From NCBI GenBank assembly GCA_937920515.1, contig CALEUG010000003.1, positions 2,108 to 66,107 on the forward strand: a stretch of 64,000 nucleotides of DNA, in the 5' to 3' direction. Positions 51,602-62,610 of this stretch are shown here, in pieces. The position numbers and the translations under genes were made by a program. Source of the DNA: an uncultured bacterium. Its GTDB lineage: Bacteria; Acidobacteriota; Aminicenantia; Aminicenantales; Saccharicenantaceae. The notes below the pieces were generated by a model that worked only from the letters and a program-made list of their open reading frames with translations, ran no database searches and was not told where the DNA came from. Each line of letters begins with the position of its first letter. The first letter of the stretch is position 1.

Positions 51602-51602
51602 A

Positions 51603-52691
51603 GTGCTGTACTGGTTGCTTGTTCCGCTCAGGGAGTATTACTTCTTTTTCAACGTCTTCCGTTACATCACGGTCAGGACTGCCCTGGGCGGAATCACCGC
51701 CCTGCTGTTGATGTTCACTTTAACTCCCCTTTTCATCAGTCTCCTGAAAAAACACCAGGTCGGACAGGAAATAAGGCAGGAAGGACCGTCCAGCCATCTC
51801 AACAAGAAGGGCACACCTTCCATGGGCGGGTTGATGATCATCGGGGCAACCCTGTTGTCCACCCTGCTCTGGGGCAACCTGAAAAATATCTACGTCTGGC
51901 TGGCCATGGGCGGGATGCTGTTCTTCGGGGCAATCGGTTTTGCCGACGATTACATAAAATACCGTTCGCGGCGTTCCCTGGGCCTGACCCCCCGGCAGAA
52001 ACTTGTACTGCAATTCCTGGTGTCAGGGGCGCTGGCCCTGGCCCTGGTTCTGATCGGATTCAGGGGTCAGTTCAGCCTGAACCTGACCTTCCCGTTTTTT
52101 AAGGAATGGACACCGTACCTGGGCTGGCTTTACCTGCCCTGGATCCTGTTCATACTGGTTGGCTCGTCCAACTCGGTCAACCTGGCCGATGGCCTGGATG
52201 GGCTGGCCATAGGCTTGACCCTGATCGCCTCTGTGGCCCTGACCGCCCTGACCTATGTCGCCGGCCACGCCGTCTGGTCCCAGTACCTCAACATCCTGAG
52301 AGTCCCCCTGGCCGCCGAGCTGACCGTGTTCGTCGGCGCCCTGTCCGGAGCCTGCCTGGGTTTTCTGTGGTTTAACTGCCACCCGGCCGAAATATTCATG
52401 GGCGATGTCGGAGCCCTGTCGCTGGGAGGTACCCTGGGACTGATTGCCATCCTGATCAAGCAGGAATTCCTGCTGTTCGCCGTGGCCGGAGTCTTCATCC
52501 TGGAAGCCCTGTCGGTGATGCTCCAGGTTTCCTACTTCAAGCTCTCTGGCGGCAAAAGAATCTTCAGGATGGCTCCCCTGCACCATCATTTTGAGCTGGC
52601 CGGATGGCCGGAAGAAAAGGTGGTCATCCGTTTCTGGATAATAGGCATAATATTCGCCATGTTCAGCTTAACCACGTTGAAGTTGAGGTAA
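51603..52691 (+). CDS. mraY: Phospho-MurNAc-pentapeptide transferase
   Basis: KKGTPSMGG, ADD, NLADGLDGL, FMGDVG, MAPLHHHFE. Confidence 0.97.
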   Translation: MLYWLLVPLREYYFFFNVFRYITVRTALGGITALLLMFTLTPLFISLLKKHQVGQEIRQEGPSSHLNKKGTPSMGGLMIIGATLLSTLLWGNLKNIYVWLAMGGMLFFGAIGFADDYIKYRSRRSLGLTPRQKLVLQFLVSGALALALVLIGFRGQFSLNLTFPFFKEWTPYLGWLYLPWILFILVGSSNSVNLADGLDGLAIGLTLIASVALTALTYVAGHAVWSQYLNILRVPLAAELTVFVGALSGACLGFLWFNCHPAEIFMGDVGALSLGGTLGLIAILIKQEFLLFAVAGVFILEALSVMLQVSYFKLSGGKRIFRMAPLHHHFELAGWPEEKVVIRFWIIGIIFAMFSLTTLKLR

Positions 52692-52693
52692 GA

Positions 52694-54058
52694 ATGGAGC
52701 TCAAAGGGAAAAACGTCGTGGTTGTGGGCTTCGCCCGAACCGGCCAGGCCGTCTGCGATTTTCTGCTGGAAAAAGAAGTCGGCCGGCTGACTGTCAGCGA
52801 CCGCAAACCAGAAGGCGAGCTGGAGGGGGTGGCGGAATACCGGAAAAGGGGCGTGGAATTTGACTGCGGTCGGCACCGACTGGAGCTTTTCCTGGCAGCT
52901 GACCTGATCGTGGTCAGCCCGGGAGTTCCCCCTCTCCCGGAAATCCTGGAGGCTCGAGAGAAGGGTGTAAAGGTAATTTCTGAGATAGAACTGGCCTATC
53001 GCTTCCTGAACTGCAGCCTTATCGGCATTACCGGCTCCAACGGGAAATCCACCACCACTACCCTGATCTACAACATGCTCAAAAATAGCGGCCTGAAGGT
53101 CCACCTGACCGGGAATATCGGCAGGCCGCTGATTTCCTTCGTTAAAAAGAGCCGGCCGGGCCACACCATAGTTACCGAAATCTCCAGCTTTCAGCTGGAA
53201 TTTACCGAAAATTTTCGCACTGACATCGCGGTCTTTCTCAATCTTTCACCCAACCACCTCGACTGGCATAAGACCTACGAAAACTATATCCGGGCCAAGA
53301 AGAAACTCTTCGACCAACAACGGCCCGGAGACCTGACTGTCCTCAACCGCGACGACGCCGTCCTCTGGAGCTGGCGCCGCGATAAAAAATCAGAACTCTA
53401 TGCTTTCAGCCGAAAGCATAAAGTACCCCGGGGTTGCTACCTCAAGGACTCAACTGTCTGGTTGAAGCTTGAGGAAGAGCTTCCGGTAATAAAAAACAGG
53501 GACATCAAGCTGAGAGGGGTTCACAACCTGGAAAACGTCATGGCTGCTGCCCTTACCGCCCGTCTGGCCAGGGCCAGTCTGCCGGCCATCCAGCAAACCA
53601 TCAGAGATTTCAGGGGGTTAGAACACCGACTGGAAGAAGTTCGAACCATAAACCGGGTCCTGTTCGTGAACGACTCCAAAGCTACCACCGTGGCCGCTAC
53701 CGTTAAAGCTGTTCAGTCCTACTCACGCCCAATCGTGCTAATCCTCGGGGGGCGCGACAAGGGGGGAGACTTCTCCCCCCTGCGTCGCGCGCTAAAAAAC
53801 AGGGTCAGGAAAGTCCTGCTGATAGGAGAAGCCAGGGAGAAAATAAGAAAAGCGCTGGCCGGAGCTTTCCCGCTGGAGGAAGTCAGTACCTTCCGGGAGC
53901 TGGTGACCAGGGCCTACCAGGTGGCCAGACCGGGTGACGTCGTGCTGCTGGCGCCGGCCTGCACCTCCTGGGACATGTTCAGGAACTTTGAGGAACGAGG
54001 CCGGCTGTTCAAAAAAGAAGTAAATTATCTGGCCAGGAAACTGGCCAGGAGGAAATAG
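52694..54058 (+). CDS. murD: UDP-MurNAc-L-Ala--D-Glu ligase
   Basis: VSPG, ITGSNGKSTT, GNIG, EISSFQL, HLDWH, GLEHRLE, NDSKAT, FEERG; start at ATG 52694 after GAGG. Confidence 0.96.
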   Translation: MELKGKNVVVVGFARTGQAVCDFLLEKEVGRLTVSDRKPEGELEGVAEYRKRGVEFDCGRHRLELFLAADLIVVSPGVPPLPEILEAREKGVKVISEIELAYRFLNCSLIGITGSNGKSTTTTLIYNMLKNSGLKVHLTGNIGRPLISFVKKSRPGHTIVTEISSFQLEFTENFRTDIAVFLNLSPNHLDWHKTYENYIRAKKKLFDQQRPGDLTVLNRDDAVLWSWRRDKKSELYAFSRKHKVPRGCYLKDSTVWLKLEEELPVIKNRDIKLRGVHNLENVMAAALTARLARASLPAIQQTIRDFRGLEHRLEEVRTINRVLFVNDSKATTVAATVKAVQSYSRPIVLILGGRDKGGDFSPLRRALKNRVRKVLLIGEAREKIRKALAGAFPLEEVSTFRELVTRAYQVARPGDVVLLAPACTSWDMFRNFEERGRLFKKEVNYLARKLARRK

Positions 54059-54063
54059 AGCTG

Positions 54064-55176
54064 ATGGAAGTCTTCAAGAGATTTGCCTTCGACAAGGTCC
54101 TCCTGGTCAACACCCTGCTGCTGCTCATACTGGGCATTATCATGGTCTTCAGTTCCTCGGCCATCCTGGCCAGCGAAAAATACCGGCAGAGCTTCTACTT
54201 CCTGACCAACCAGATTGTGGCCGCGGTTTTCGGGTTGATACTGATGGTCATAGTGGCTTCCATCCGGGAACCATTCTTCACCATGACCAGGCTGATCTAC
54301 CTGGCTACCGCTTTTACCTTCCTGCTTCTGGTTCTCTGCCTGGTCATGCCGCCCTCGGCCAATGCTCACCGCTGGGTCCAGTTGATGGGGGTTCGTTTCC
54401 AGCCGTCCGAGCTGGCCAAGGTGGTCCTGATTCTTTTCCTGGCAAATTTCTGCTACCGGAAAGCCGACATCATCAACCACTGGAAAACACTTTTGGTTCC
54501 GGTGGGCGTGGTGCTGGCCTTTATCCTGGTCATCCTGTTAGAGCCGGATTACAGCACGGCCGTTTTCATCTTCCTGATTTCTTCACTGATGCTCTACCTG
54601 GGCGGGGTCAAACTCAAGTACTTCGCTCCGCCGGCCGTGGCCCTGCTGGTCATATTCATAGTCTTCCTTTTCTCGGCCGATTACCGGGTGAACAGGCTGC
54701 AAGTATTCTTATCGCCGGACCAGGACCCGCTGGGCAAGGCCTTTCAGGTCAGGCAGTCCAGGCTGGCTGTCGGGGCCGGGGGGCTGCTGGGGGTGAGCAT
54801 CGGCTCTTCCACCCAGAAACTCTACTTCCTGCCCTGCGCCCACACCGACTTCATCTTTGCCATCATAGGCGAGGAGGTCGGGTTGCTGGGCACCCTAAGC
54901 ACGGTCGGACTGTTCCTGCTCTTCCTGTTCCGCGGTCTGAAGATAGCAGGCCGTACCTTAAACGCCAACCACCGGCTGGTAGCCTACGGGCTGACCCTGA
55001 GTATAATCATCCAGGCTCTCCTGAACATCAGCGTGGTCCTGGGGCTGGGACCGGTTACCGGCATTCCCCTGCCCTTCATTTCTTTCGGACGTTCGGCCCT
55101 GGTCTGCAACCTGCTGGCCGTGGGCCTGCTGCTGAATATTTCTCAAAGAAAGCTGGAGGTTACCCCGTCAACATGA
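54064..55176 (+). CDS. ftsW: SEDS peptidoglycan glycosyltransferase FtsW
   Basis: MVFSSS, RW...FQPSELAK, EPD, AHTDFIFAIIGEE.G, TGIPLPFISFG. Confidence 0.95.
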   Translation: MEVFKRFAFDKVLLVNTLLLLILGIIMVFSSSAILASEKYRQSFYFLTNQIVAAVFGLILMVIVASIREPFFTMTRLIYLATAFTFLLLVLCLVMPPSANAHRWVQLMGVRFQPSELAKVVLILFLANFCYRKADIINHWKTLLVPVGVVLAFILVILLEPDYSTAVFIFLISSLMLYLGGVKLKYFAPPAVALLVIFIVFLFSADYRVNRLQVFLSPDQDPLGKAFQVRQSRLAVGAGGLLGVSIGSSTQKLYFLPCAHTDFIFAIIGEEVGLLGTLSTVGLFLLFLFRGLKIAGRTLNANHRLVAYGLTLSIIIQALLNISVVLGLGPVTGIPLPFISFGRSALVCNLLAVGLLLNISQRKLEVTPST

Positions 55177-56273
55177 AACGGAACACAGTGATCATAAGCG
55201 GCGGCGGAACTGGCGGACATCTCTACCCGGCCCTGGTCCTCGGCCGCACCCTGCTCCGCCTGCAACCCGACCTCCGGCTGGTCTATGTCGGCAGTTCCAG
55301 GGCCGTCGAAAAAAAGATCATGTCGGCTGAAGTCAACCGCTTTCTGACCCTGCCGGTGGAAGGACTTAAAGGCAGGGGGCTAAAGAAACTGCGCGGCCTG
55401 GTCCTGCTCCCGCTGGCTTTTCTGAAGTCATTCTACATATTGCTGCGATTCCGTCCGGACCTGGTGGTTGGAGTCGGCGGTTTCAGCTCCGGTCCGATTG
55501 TGCTGCTGGCCGCCCTGATGAAAAAGCCAGCGGTCATCCTGGAGCAGAATGCCCTGCCCGGTTTCACCAACCGCCAGCTCAGCCGCTTCGTCGACCTGGT
55601 GGTGGTCTCCTTCGCCAGTTCGCTCCACTATTTCGGAGACAAGGCGGTGCTGGTGGGCAACCCGGTCCGCCCGGAATTCTACGAAATTCCAAAAAAACAA
55701 AGAGAACAGGCACTGACCCTGCTTATTTTCGGAGGGAGCCAGGGGTCAAAGTTCCTTAACGACCGGTTGATTGAGTCTCTTGACCGGCTGGAGGAACTCA
55801 GGGATTCGCTGGTCATTTATCATCAGACCGGAGAAAGGGACCTCGATCGGGTCAGCCGGGCATACAGCCAGCACGGCTTTTCCCGGGCTGTGGTGGCCGC
55901 CTTCTTTTCACCCATGGCCGATTATTTGGCCCGGGCCGACCTGGTCATCTGCCGGGCCGGGGCTACCACCTGTGCCGAGCTGGTGGCGGGGCGGAAACCT
56001 GCGCTGCTGGTTCCTTTTGCCGCGGCTACCGACAACCACCAGGAATTCAACGCTCGCGAACTGGAAAAGGCCGGCGGAGCCGAGGTTATCCTGGAAAAGG
56101 ATTTTCAGCCAGGGCTGCTGGCAGAAAAAGTAAAGTACTACCTGAACCATAAAGAAGTTCTCGACCGGATGGAAGAAAACCTGGAAAGAATCCGGCCGGA
56201 GGGCGTGGCCGAAAAAATTGCCGGTCTCTGCCTGGAGAGGATGAAGGCTCGCACCGGAGGCACCCGTGGTTAA
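55173..56273 (+). CDS. murG: Lipid II GlcNAc transferase
   Basis: GGGTGGHLYP, EQN, GNPVR, GGSQG, RAGA, HQEFNA. Confidence 0.96.
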   Translation: MKRNTVIISGGGTGGHLYPALVLGRTLLRLQPDLRLVYVGSSRAVEKKIMSAEVNRFLTLPVEGLKGRGLKKLRGLVLLPLAFLKSFYILLRFRPDLVVGVGGFSSGPIVLLAALMKKPAVILEQNALPGFTNRQLSRFVDLVVVSFASSLHYFGDKAVLVGNPVRPEFYEIPKKQREQALTLLIFGGSQGSKFLNDRLIESLDRLEELRDSLVIYHQTGERDLDRVSRAYSQHGFSRAVVAAFFSPMADYLARADLVICRAGATTCAELVAGRKPALLVPFAAATDNHQEFNARELEKAGGAEVILEKDFQPGLLAEKVKYYLNHKEVLDRMEENLERIRPEGVAEKIAGLCLERMKARTGGTRG

Positions 56274-57666
56274 GAAAGTTTACCGCAAGTTGAATCGCAT
56301 TCACATGGTGGGCATCGGCGGCACGGGAATGTGCGGGATCGCCGAAGTCTTGCTCAATCTGGGTTACCAGGTTTCCGGCTCGGACCTGCAGGAAAACGAG
56401 GCCACCCAGAGGCTGGCCAGGCTCGGCGCCATAATCCACCGCGGCCATGCCGCCGAAAATGTCGGACAGGCGGACGTGGTGGTCATCTCTTCCGCGGTGC
56501 GGGAGGACAACGTGGAAGTGCTCCAGGCCCGGGCTCGCAAGATCCCGGTTATTCCCCGGGCCGAAATGCTGGCCGAGCTCATGCGGATGAAATACGGCAT
56601 CGCTGTGGCCGGGGCCCACGGCAAGACCACCACCACTTCCATGACGGCCATGGTGCTGGAAATGGCCGGTCTGGACCCGACGGTCATAGTCGGCGGCCGA
56701 CTCAACACCTTCGGGGCCAACGCCCGCCTGGGCGAGGGAGATTTCATCGTGGCCGAGGCCGACGAAAGCGACCGCTCCTTCCTCTATCTTTCGCCCTTCA
56801 TCGCTGTCCTGACCAATATCGACGCCGAACACCTGGACCATTACGGCACCCTGGACGAAGTCAAGAAGACCTTCGTCAGCTTCGCCAATAAAGTGCCCTT
56901 TTACTGTCCGGTTATCCTGTGCCTGGACGACCCCAACCTGCAATCCATAATCCCCGCACTGGAAAGGAAGATCATTACCTACGGCTTCAGCTCCCAGGCT
57001 GACATCCAGGCCCGGGATTTTTCCTTTTCCGAATTTTCCAGCCAGTCAACTCTTTATGCCTTCGGGAAGCGGCTGGGACACCTGAAGCTCAACGTTCCCG
57101 GTAAACATAACATACTCAACGCCATGGCGGCCACGGCCGTCGGGCTGGACCTGGACGTCCCGGCCCGGACCATCCTCAAGGCCCTGGAGGAATACTCCGG
57201 AACCGGCCGCCGCTTTGAGCTGAAGGGCACGGTCAGGGACATCATGGTCATAGAAGATTACGCCCACCACCCGACCGAAATCCGGGCCACCCTGGAGGCG
57301 GCGAGGACTGGCTGGAGTAGAAGGCTGGTGGCTGTTTTCCAGCCTCACCGCTACAGCCGGCTGGCCCGCCTGCTCCCCGATTTTGCCACCGCCTTCAATC
57401 AGGCCGACATTCTTCTGGTGACCGAAATTTATGCCGCCGGGGAGGACCCTGTCGAGGGAGTCAGCGGCCAGGCCCTGTTTGAGGCCATCAGGCAGTTTGG
57501 CCACAAGAATGTGCTCTTTGAGCCGATCCTGAACCGGATACCCTCAAGGCTGGCCGAAATCCTTCGTCCGGATGATATGCTCCTCGTCCTGGGAGCTGGA
57601 AATATCAGCCGGATTATTCCGGACATCCTGAAGCTGCTGCAGGGAGAAGACAACCATGGCCGTTGA
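56266..57666 (+). CDS. murC: UDP-MurNAc--L-Ala ligase
   Basis: GIGGTGM, VSGSD, HGKTTT, EADESD, DYAHHPTE, FQPHRYSR. Confidence 0.97.
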   Translation: MVKKVYRKLNRIHMVGIGGTGMCGIAEVLLNLGYQVSGSDLQENEATQRLARLGAIIHRGHAAENVGQADVVVISSAVREDNVEVLQARARKIPVIPRAEMLAELMRMKYGIAVAGAHGKTTTTSMTAMVLEMAGLDPTVIVGGRLNTFGANARLGEGDFIVAEADESDRSFLYLSPFIAVLTNIDAEHLDHYGTLDEVKKTFVSFANKVPFYCPVILCLDDPNLQSIIPALERKIITYGFSSQADIQARDFSFSEFSSQSTLYAFGKRLGHLKLNVPGKHNILNAMAATAVGLDLDVPARTILKALEEYSGTGRRFELKGTVRDIMVIEDYAHHPTEIRATLEAARTGWSRRLVAVFQPHRYSRLARLLPDFATAFNQADILLVTEIYAAGEDPVEGVSGQALFEAIRQFGHKNVLFEPILNRIPSRLAEILRPDDMLLVLGAGNISRIIPDILKLLQGEDNHGR

Positions 57667-58507
57667 GAACGGATATCCACTGAACCCCACCGGGACAGCA
57701 GTCTTCCACCGCTCGGCCCGACCGGTCGGGCTTAAGAGCAAGAGCGGGAAAAAGACCCTGCGCGGGACGCACCTGCTCGCTCTCTTCTTCAGCCTGATAC
57801 TGCTGTTCCTGGGCCTGGCCCAGCTGTATTACTACCTCATCACCTGCGATGCCCTGAGAATCAAGAAAGTGGAAGTTATTTCCTCCAGCCCGGAGCTCAA
57901 GCAGCGGGTTGAAGATTTCCTGAGAAGCCGGAATTTGGGCAACATCCTGATCTGCAACCTCGATTATCTCCGGTTGAATCTGACCTCCCTGCCCGGGGTC
58001 AAGGAAGTTCGGGCGGAAAAGATACTGCCCTCCACCCTCCGGGTTGAAGTCTATCCCGGGACGCCCAGGTTCTACATTCACAGGGGCCTGTATTTTTTGG
58101 TGGATGAAGAAGGAAAGCTTATCAGAAGCGAAGCTGAACCTTCCGACCAGAACTACCCGGTCCTGGAAGATGAAGCCGGTTTCAACCTGAACTACCAGGA
58201 AAAAGTCAGGCTGGCCTGGCAGGCCCTGAGCAGCCTGGAACCTGAAACCAGGCAGGCTATTCGCCGCCTGATTTTTTTGGCTGACCGGAGGCTGGAAGTG
58301 GAGCTGGCTGAAGACCCGGTCCGGATCATAATTAGCGCCGAAAATTTCCAGAAACAGTTGCCTTTCTACCTGGCTAACAGAGAAGCCTGGACCCGGCTGT
58401 TCGGCCCGCTGGAGTATGTGGACTTAAGAATTGAGGGTCGGGCCTACGTTAAGCCTCTGGAACTCTCGGCCCGGGACTCCAGGGGGCAGAAAAAGGAGGT
58501 AAGTTAA
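57656..58507 (+). CDS. ftsQ: Cell division protein FtsQ/DivIB
   Basis: Single TM, POTRA-like LPGVKEVRAEKILPSTLRVEV, LVDEEG, YVDLR; located before ftsA. Confidence 0.85.
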   Translation: MAVENGYPLNPTGTAVFHRSARPVGLKSKSGKKTLRGTHLLALFFSLILLFLGLAQLYYYLITCDALRIKKVEVISSSPELKQRVEDFLRSRNLGNILICNLDYLRLNLTSLPGVKEVRAEKILPSTLRVEVYPGTPRFYIHRGLYFLVDEEGKLIRSEAEPSDQNYPVLEDEAGFNLNYQEKVRLAWQALSSLEPETRQAIRRLIFLADRRLEVELAEDPVRIIISAENFQKQLPFYLANREAWTRLFGPLEYVDLRIEGRAYVKPLELSARDSRGQKKEVS

Positions 58508-59727
58508 TGGCCAGAAATAACTATCTGGTAGGTCTGGACATCGGCACCAAGAAGACGGTGGCCATCATCGGAGAAATCACCGAAGAGCAGAAGGTCGAAA
58601 TCATCGGCATCGGGGTGGCGGAATCCAAGGGCATCAGGAAGGGAGTGGTGGTCAACCTGGACCTCACCATATCAGCCATAAAAAGAGCCCAGGAAGAAGC
58701 CGAGCTGATGGCCGGCGTGGAGATAGAATCGGCCTACGTTGGCATCTCCGGCTCGCACATCAAGAGCTTCAACAGTCGCGGGGTGGTGGCCGTGTCCGGC
58801 AAGAACCGGGAGATTTCCCGGGAAGACATACGCCGGGTGATCGACCAGGCCCGGGCTTTGTCCATTCCACCCGACCGGGAAATAATTCACATCATTCCCC
58901 AGGAATTCATCGTGGATGAGCAGGACGGTATAAAGGACCCGCTGGGCATGAGCGGTATCAAGCTGGAGGTCAACGTCCACATCGTCACTTCGGCCATTAC
59001 CTCCATCCAGAACCTGAAGAACTGCCTGGACAGGGCCGGAATCGGCATCCAGGAAATAGTCCTGAACCAGATCGCCACCAGCCATTCGGTTTTGACCCAC
59101 GACGAGCGGGAGCTGGGAGTGGGTTTGATCGACATCGGAGCCGGCACCACCGAGGTGGCCATTTTCGAACGCGGTGCTCTATGGTACACCTCGACCATTC
59201 CTCTGGGCGGCGATAACTTCACCAACGATATTGCCGTGGGACTGCGGACACCGATTCCCGACGCCGAGAAAATCAAGAAGAAATACGGTTGCGTGGCCCT
59301 GCCGGTAACCGAGGAGCAGGACACCATCGAAGTACCAACCGTCGGCAAGGGTCGGAAATCGCGGATGATGTCCCGGCAGATCCTGGCTGACATCATCCAG
59401 CCCCGGGCCGAGGAAATCTTCCGCCTGGTGGACTCTGACATCAAGAGGATGGGCTACGAAAAGTCGCTCAATTCCGGTCTGGTCCTGACCGGGGGCACCG
59501 CCCTGCTGGACGGCCTGGAAGAGGTGGCCGAGGAAATATTCGACCTGCCGGTCAGGAGAGGAGACCCGAACTACATCGGCGGACTGATCGACCGCGTCAG
59601 CACGCCCGATTACGCCACGGCTGTCGGGCTCATCCTTTACGGATACAACCAGATCAGGGAACGCGGTTTCATCAAAGATAAAAAGAAAGGCTTCTGGACC
59701 AGGATTAAAGACTGGTTCAATGAATAA
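58507..59727 (+). CDS. ftsA: Cell division protein FtsA
   Basis: GLDIGT, DIGAGTT, GGDNFT.DIA, LTGG, C-terminal amphipathic FWTRIKDWF. Confidence 0.97.
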   Translation: MARNNYLVGLDIGTKKTVAIIGEITEEQKVEIIGIGVAESKGIRKGVVVNLDLTISAIKRAQEEAELMAGVEIESAYVGISGSHIKSFNSRGVVAVSGKNREISREDIRRVIDQARALSIPPDREIIHIIPQEFIVDEQDGIKDPLGMSGIKLEVNVHIVTSAITSIQNLKNCLDRAGIGIQEIVLNQIATSHSVLTHDERELGVGLIDIGAGTTEVAIFERGALWYTSTIPLGGDNFTNDIAVGLRTPIPDAEKIKKKYGCVALPVTEEQDTIEVPTVGKGRKSRMMSRQILADIIQPRAEEIFRLVDSDIKRMGYEKSLNSGLVLTGGTALLDGLEEVAEEIFDLPVRRGDPNYIGGLIDRVSTPDYATAVGLILYGYNQIRERGFIKDKKKGFWTRIKDWFNE

Positions 59728-59737
59728 GGAGGCAAAA

Positions 59738-60961
59738 ATGCGCGATGACTTCGGTAACAAGATCAAGTTTCACCTGGCAGAAGAAAATCCGGGAGCAAAA
59801 ATCAAGGTGATAGGAATCGGCGGCGGCGGGGGTAACGCCGTCAACCGGATGATAGAGAGCGGAATCGAAGGAGTGGAATTCATCGCCGTCAACACCGACC
59901 GCCAGGCCCTGAACAACAACCGGGCCCATCTCAAGGTCCAGGTCGGGAGCAAGCTGACCAAGGGCCTCGGCTCGGGCGGCGACCCCGAGGTCGGTCGCCA
60001 GGCAGCAGAAGAAGATACCGAGCGACTGGCTGAAATTCTGGAAGGGGCCGACATGGTCTTCCTGACCGCCGGCCTGGGTGGCGGCACCGGAACGGGGGCC
60101 ACTCCGGTCATCGCCAACCTGGCCTCCGGGATGGGCATACTGGTCATCGCCATCGTCACCATGCCCTTTGCCTTCGAGGGCAGGATCAGGGCCAAGAAGG
60201 CCGAAGAAGGCCTGCAGGAACTTAAATCGGTGGTGGATACAGTCATCGCCATTCCCAACCAGAGGTTGATTGATACGGTTAACCTGGATACCACCATTCC
60301 CGAGGCCTTCCGCATGGCCGACGATGTCCTGCGCCAGGCGGCTCAGGGTATTTCTGACCTGATCACCAGACCCGGCCTGATCAACCTGGATTTTGCTGAC
60401 GTCAAGTCCATTATGAAAGGCATGGGTATGGCCTTCATGGGCACCGGTATTGCCAGCGGGGAAAACCGGGCGGTGGAGGCAGCCCAGAAAGCCATCAGCA
60501 GCCCGCTGCTCATAGACACTTCCATAGAGGGAGCCCGGGGTGTGCTCATCAACATCACCGGTGGTAAGGACATGACCCTGCACGAAGTTTCCAAGGCCTC
60601 CCAGTTGATAACCAGCCTGGCCGATCCAGAAGCTAATATAATTTTCGGAACCGTCCTGGACGAAGAGGTCCGGGAAACCATCAAGGTTACGGTAATTGCC
60701 ACCGGCTTCAACCGCAAGAAACCAAGGACCGCTACCCCGGAAATCATCAGGAGACCGGCCAGCAGCCCGCCGACCCAGACGGCCGTCCTGGTCAAGAACG
60801 AAACCCCGCCTTATCTTTTTGAACCCAGGGGTGGGCAGGCCGTGCCGGCCATGGTGGAGCCGGCTCCCTCCGAAATCGACTGGAACGAACTCAACACCCC
60901 GGCCTTCATCAGGAAAACCAGACAGGGTTCGATGAGGAAAACGCCCAATGACCTGCGCTGA
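59738..60961 (+). CDS. ftsZ: Cell division protein FtsZ
   Basis: [30 protein letters not shown]-terminal core LNTPAFIRK; SD AAGGAGG before ATG 59738. Confidence 0.98.
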   Translation: MRDDFGNKIKFHLAEENPGAKIKVIGIGGGGGNAVNRMIESGIEGVEFIAVNTDRQALNNNRAHLKVQVGSKLTKGLGSGGDPEVGRQAAEEDTERLAEILEGADMVFLTAGLGGGTGTGATPVIANLASGMGILVIAIVTMPFAFEGRIRAKKAEEGLQELKSVVDTVIAIPNQRLIDTVNLDTTIPEAFRMADDVLRQAAQGISDLITRPGLINLDFADVKSIMKGMGMAFMGTGIASGENRAVEAAQKAISSPLLIDTSIEGARGVLINITGGKDMTLHEVSKASQLITSLADPEANIIFGTVLDEEVRETIKVTVIATGFNRKKPRTATPEIIRRPASSPPTQTAVLVKNETPPYLFEPRGGQAVPAMVEPAPSEIDWNELNTPAFIRKTRQGSMRKTPNDLR

Positions 60962-62222
60962 CCTGGTGGTAGCCGACCTCAACCAGCTACTGACCTGCGG
61001 CGGACCGGCTCCCAAAACGGGCCAGGCCATGCGGGAAGTCGGCCTGCTGGAAAAAGCCTGGATTGCTGGCTGCCAGGGCAAAATCGTTTTTATCGGCCCG
61101 GAAAGAGAATTCCGGAAAAAGGTCAAACCGTCCGACACAGCCCGGGTGATAGACGGCCGGGACCTGGTCGGGCTGCCCGGACTGGTCGACTGCCATACTC
61201 ACCTGCCTTTTGCCGGCAACCGGGAGAAAGAATTTTCCCTGCGCCTGCAGGGATATACCTACCAGCAGCTGGCGGCCATGGGCCTGGGTATCCAGACCAC
61301 GGTCCGGGCCACCAGGGAAGCCAGCCGGGAAGAACTCAAAGACCTCTGCCGGAAACGCCTAAAGACCATGCTGCTCAACGGTACGACCACAGTCGAAGCC
61401 AAGAGCGGTTACGGCCTTAATCTCGAAGACGAAATCAAGCAGCTGGAAGTGGTGCGGGAAGTGGCGGACGAACAACCGGTCAGCCTGGTGGCGACTTTCA
61501 TGGGCGCCCACGAAATTCCCCCGGAATACCGGGCCGAACGAAGAGCCTACCTTGAATTGTTAAAAAACAAAGTCATGCCTGAAGTCAAAGCGCGCCGGCT
61601 GGCTGAATTTTTCGATATTTTTTGCGAGCCGACGGTCTTCAACCTGGAAGAGACCAGGGAGCTGGCCGAAGCCGCCCTGAAGCTCGGCTTCAAGCTAAAG
61701 GTACACGCCGATGAATTTGTCCCCATCGGCGGTACCGAGCTGGCCGTCGAGCTGGGAGCCCGCTCGGTCGAACACCTGATAAACATAACTCCCGCCGGGA
61801 TGGAAAAGCTGAGCCGCAGCCGGACCGCGGCCGTGCTTCTGCCCGGGGTATCTTACTTCTTGATGATGGACAAAAAGGCGCCGGCCCGGGAACTGCTCGA
61901 CCGGGGAGCCATCGTGGCCCTGGCCACCGATTTTAACCCGGGAAGTTCTCACCTGCTGTCCATGCTTTTTGTGCTGCAGCTCGGCGTTTTCACCCTGCGG
62001 CTGACGGTGGAAGAAGCCATCAACGCCTGCACCATCAATGCCGCCTACGCCATAGACCGCCAGAACCGCGGCGGCTCGCTGGAGCCCGGAAAAGATTTTG
62101 ACCTTATTCTCTGCGACCTTCCTTCTTACCTTTCCCTGGCCTACGAGCTCGGCCGCAACCCGGTTAAAATGGTCATAAAAGCCGGACGGGTGGTGGTCGA
62201 AGATGGCCGCCCGGTCAGCTGA
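60948..62222 (+). CDS. hutI: Imidazolonepropionase (amidohydrolase)
   Basis: [56 protein letters not shown]. Confidence 0.94.
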   Translation: MTCADLVVADLNQLLTCGGPAPKTGQAMREVGLLEKAWIAGCQGKIVFIGPEREFRKKVKPSDTARVIDGRDLVGLPGLVDCHTHLPFAGNREKEFSLRLQGYTYQQLAAMGLGIQTTVRATREASREELKDLCRKRLKTMLLNGTTTVEAKSGYGLNLEDEIKQLEVVREVADEQPVSLVATFMGAHEIPPEYRAERRAYLELLKNKVMPEVKARRLAEFFDIFCEPTVFNLEETRELAEAALKLGFKLKVHADEFVPIGGTELAVELGARSVEHLINITPAGMEKLSRSRTAAVLLPGVSYFLMMDKKAPARELLDRGAIVALATDFNPGSSHLLSMLFVLQLGVFTLRLTVEEAINACTINAAYAIDRQNRGGSLEPGKDFDLILCDLPSYLSLAYELGRNPVKMVIKAGRVVVEDGRPVS

Positions 62223-62317
62223 ACTCTTACCCGTTCTTTCCCTTCCCCTCAGCACGCCTCCATTTAATTTATTGATTTTCTCCTTAAATCTATTCCTCTG
62301 TATTAAGGCCGCCGCTG

Positions 62318-62341
62318 ATATATGAATATTCATTCATATAT
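62318..62341. promoter_or_regulatory. Palindromic operator-like site ATATATGAA-N6-TTCATATAT (ArsR/SmtB-like)
   Basis: ATATATGAAT-ATTC-ATTCATATAT, 10-bp arms; same arms as 36755-36778; overlaps a promoter-like CTGATA-16-TATATT. Confidence 0.6.
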
Positions 62342-62346
62342 TTCTA

Positions 62347-62374
62347 TTACCCTGCATTTACCCTGCATTCACCC
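62347..62374 (+). repeat. 11-bp tandem repeat TTACCCTGCAT (about 2.5 copies)
   Basis: TTACCCTGCAT TTACCCTGCAT TCACCC read directly. Confidence 0.7.
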
Positions 62375-62610
62375 AATTATGTTTTCCAGGAACCGCTGGC
62401 CGGACAGGCCGAGAGGTTCGAGTCCCCCGGGCCACGCCTTCCATCAGAGTCAGTCCTGTCAGTCAAGGATGCTGATGATTTCTTTTCCCGGATGTTGTAA
62501 ATTCAGAAAAGCAAGGAGAGGTCGCCAACCCGGATCAGTTTCAAGTCCGGCCGGGCCGGCGGAGACCCCTCACCAGAAAATCAGGAAACTGAAATTCTGA
62601 AAGCTCAAAT

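Noticed and set aside
62370-62445. Complete tRNA, tRNA-Sec or tmRNA
   Set aside because: The T-stem has two mismatches and there is no matching 5' acceptor strand, D-arm or anticodon arm; kept only as a fragment-like signal.
62472-62520. Hammerhead ribozyme (CTGATGA...GAAA)
   Set aside because: Could not build stems I-III around the core.
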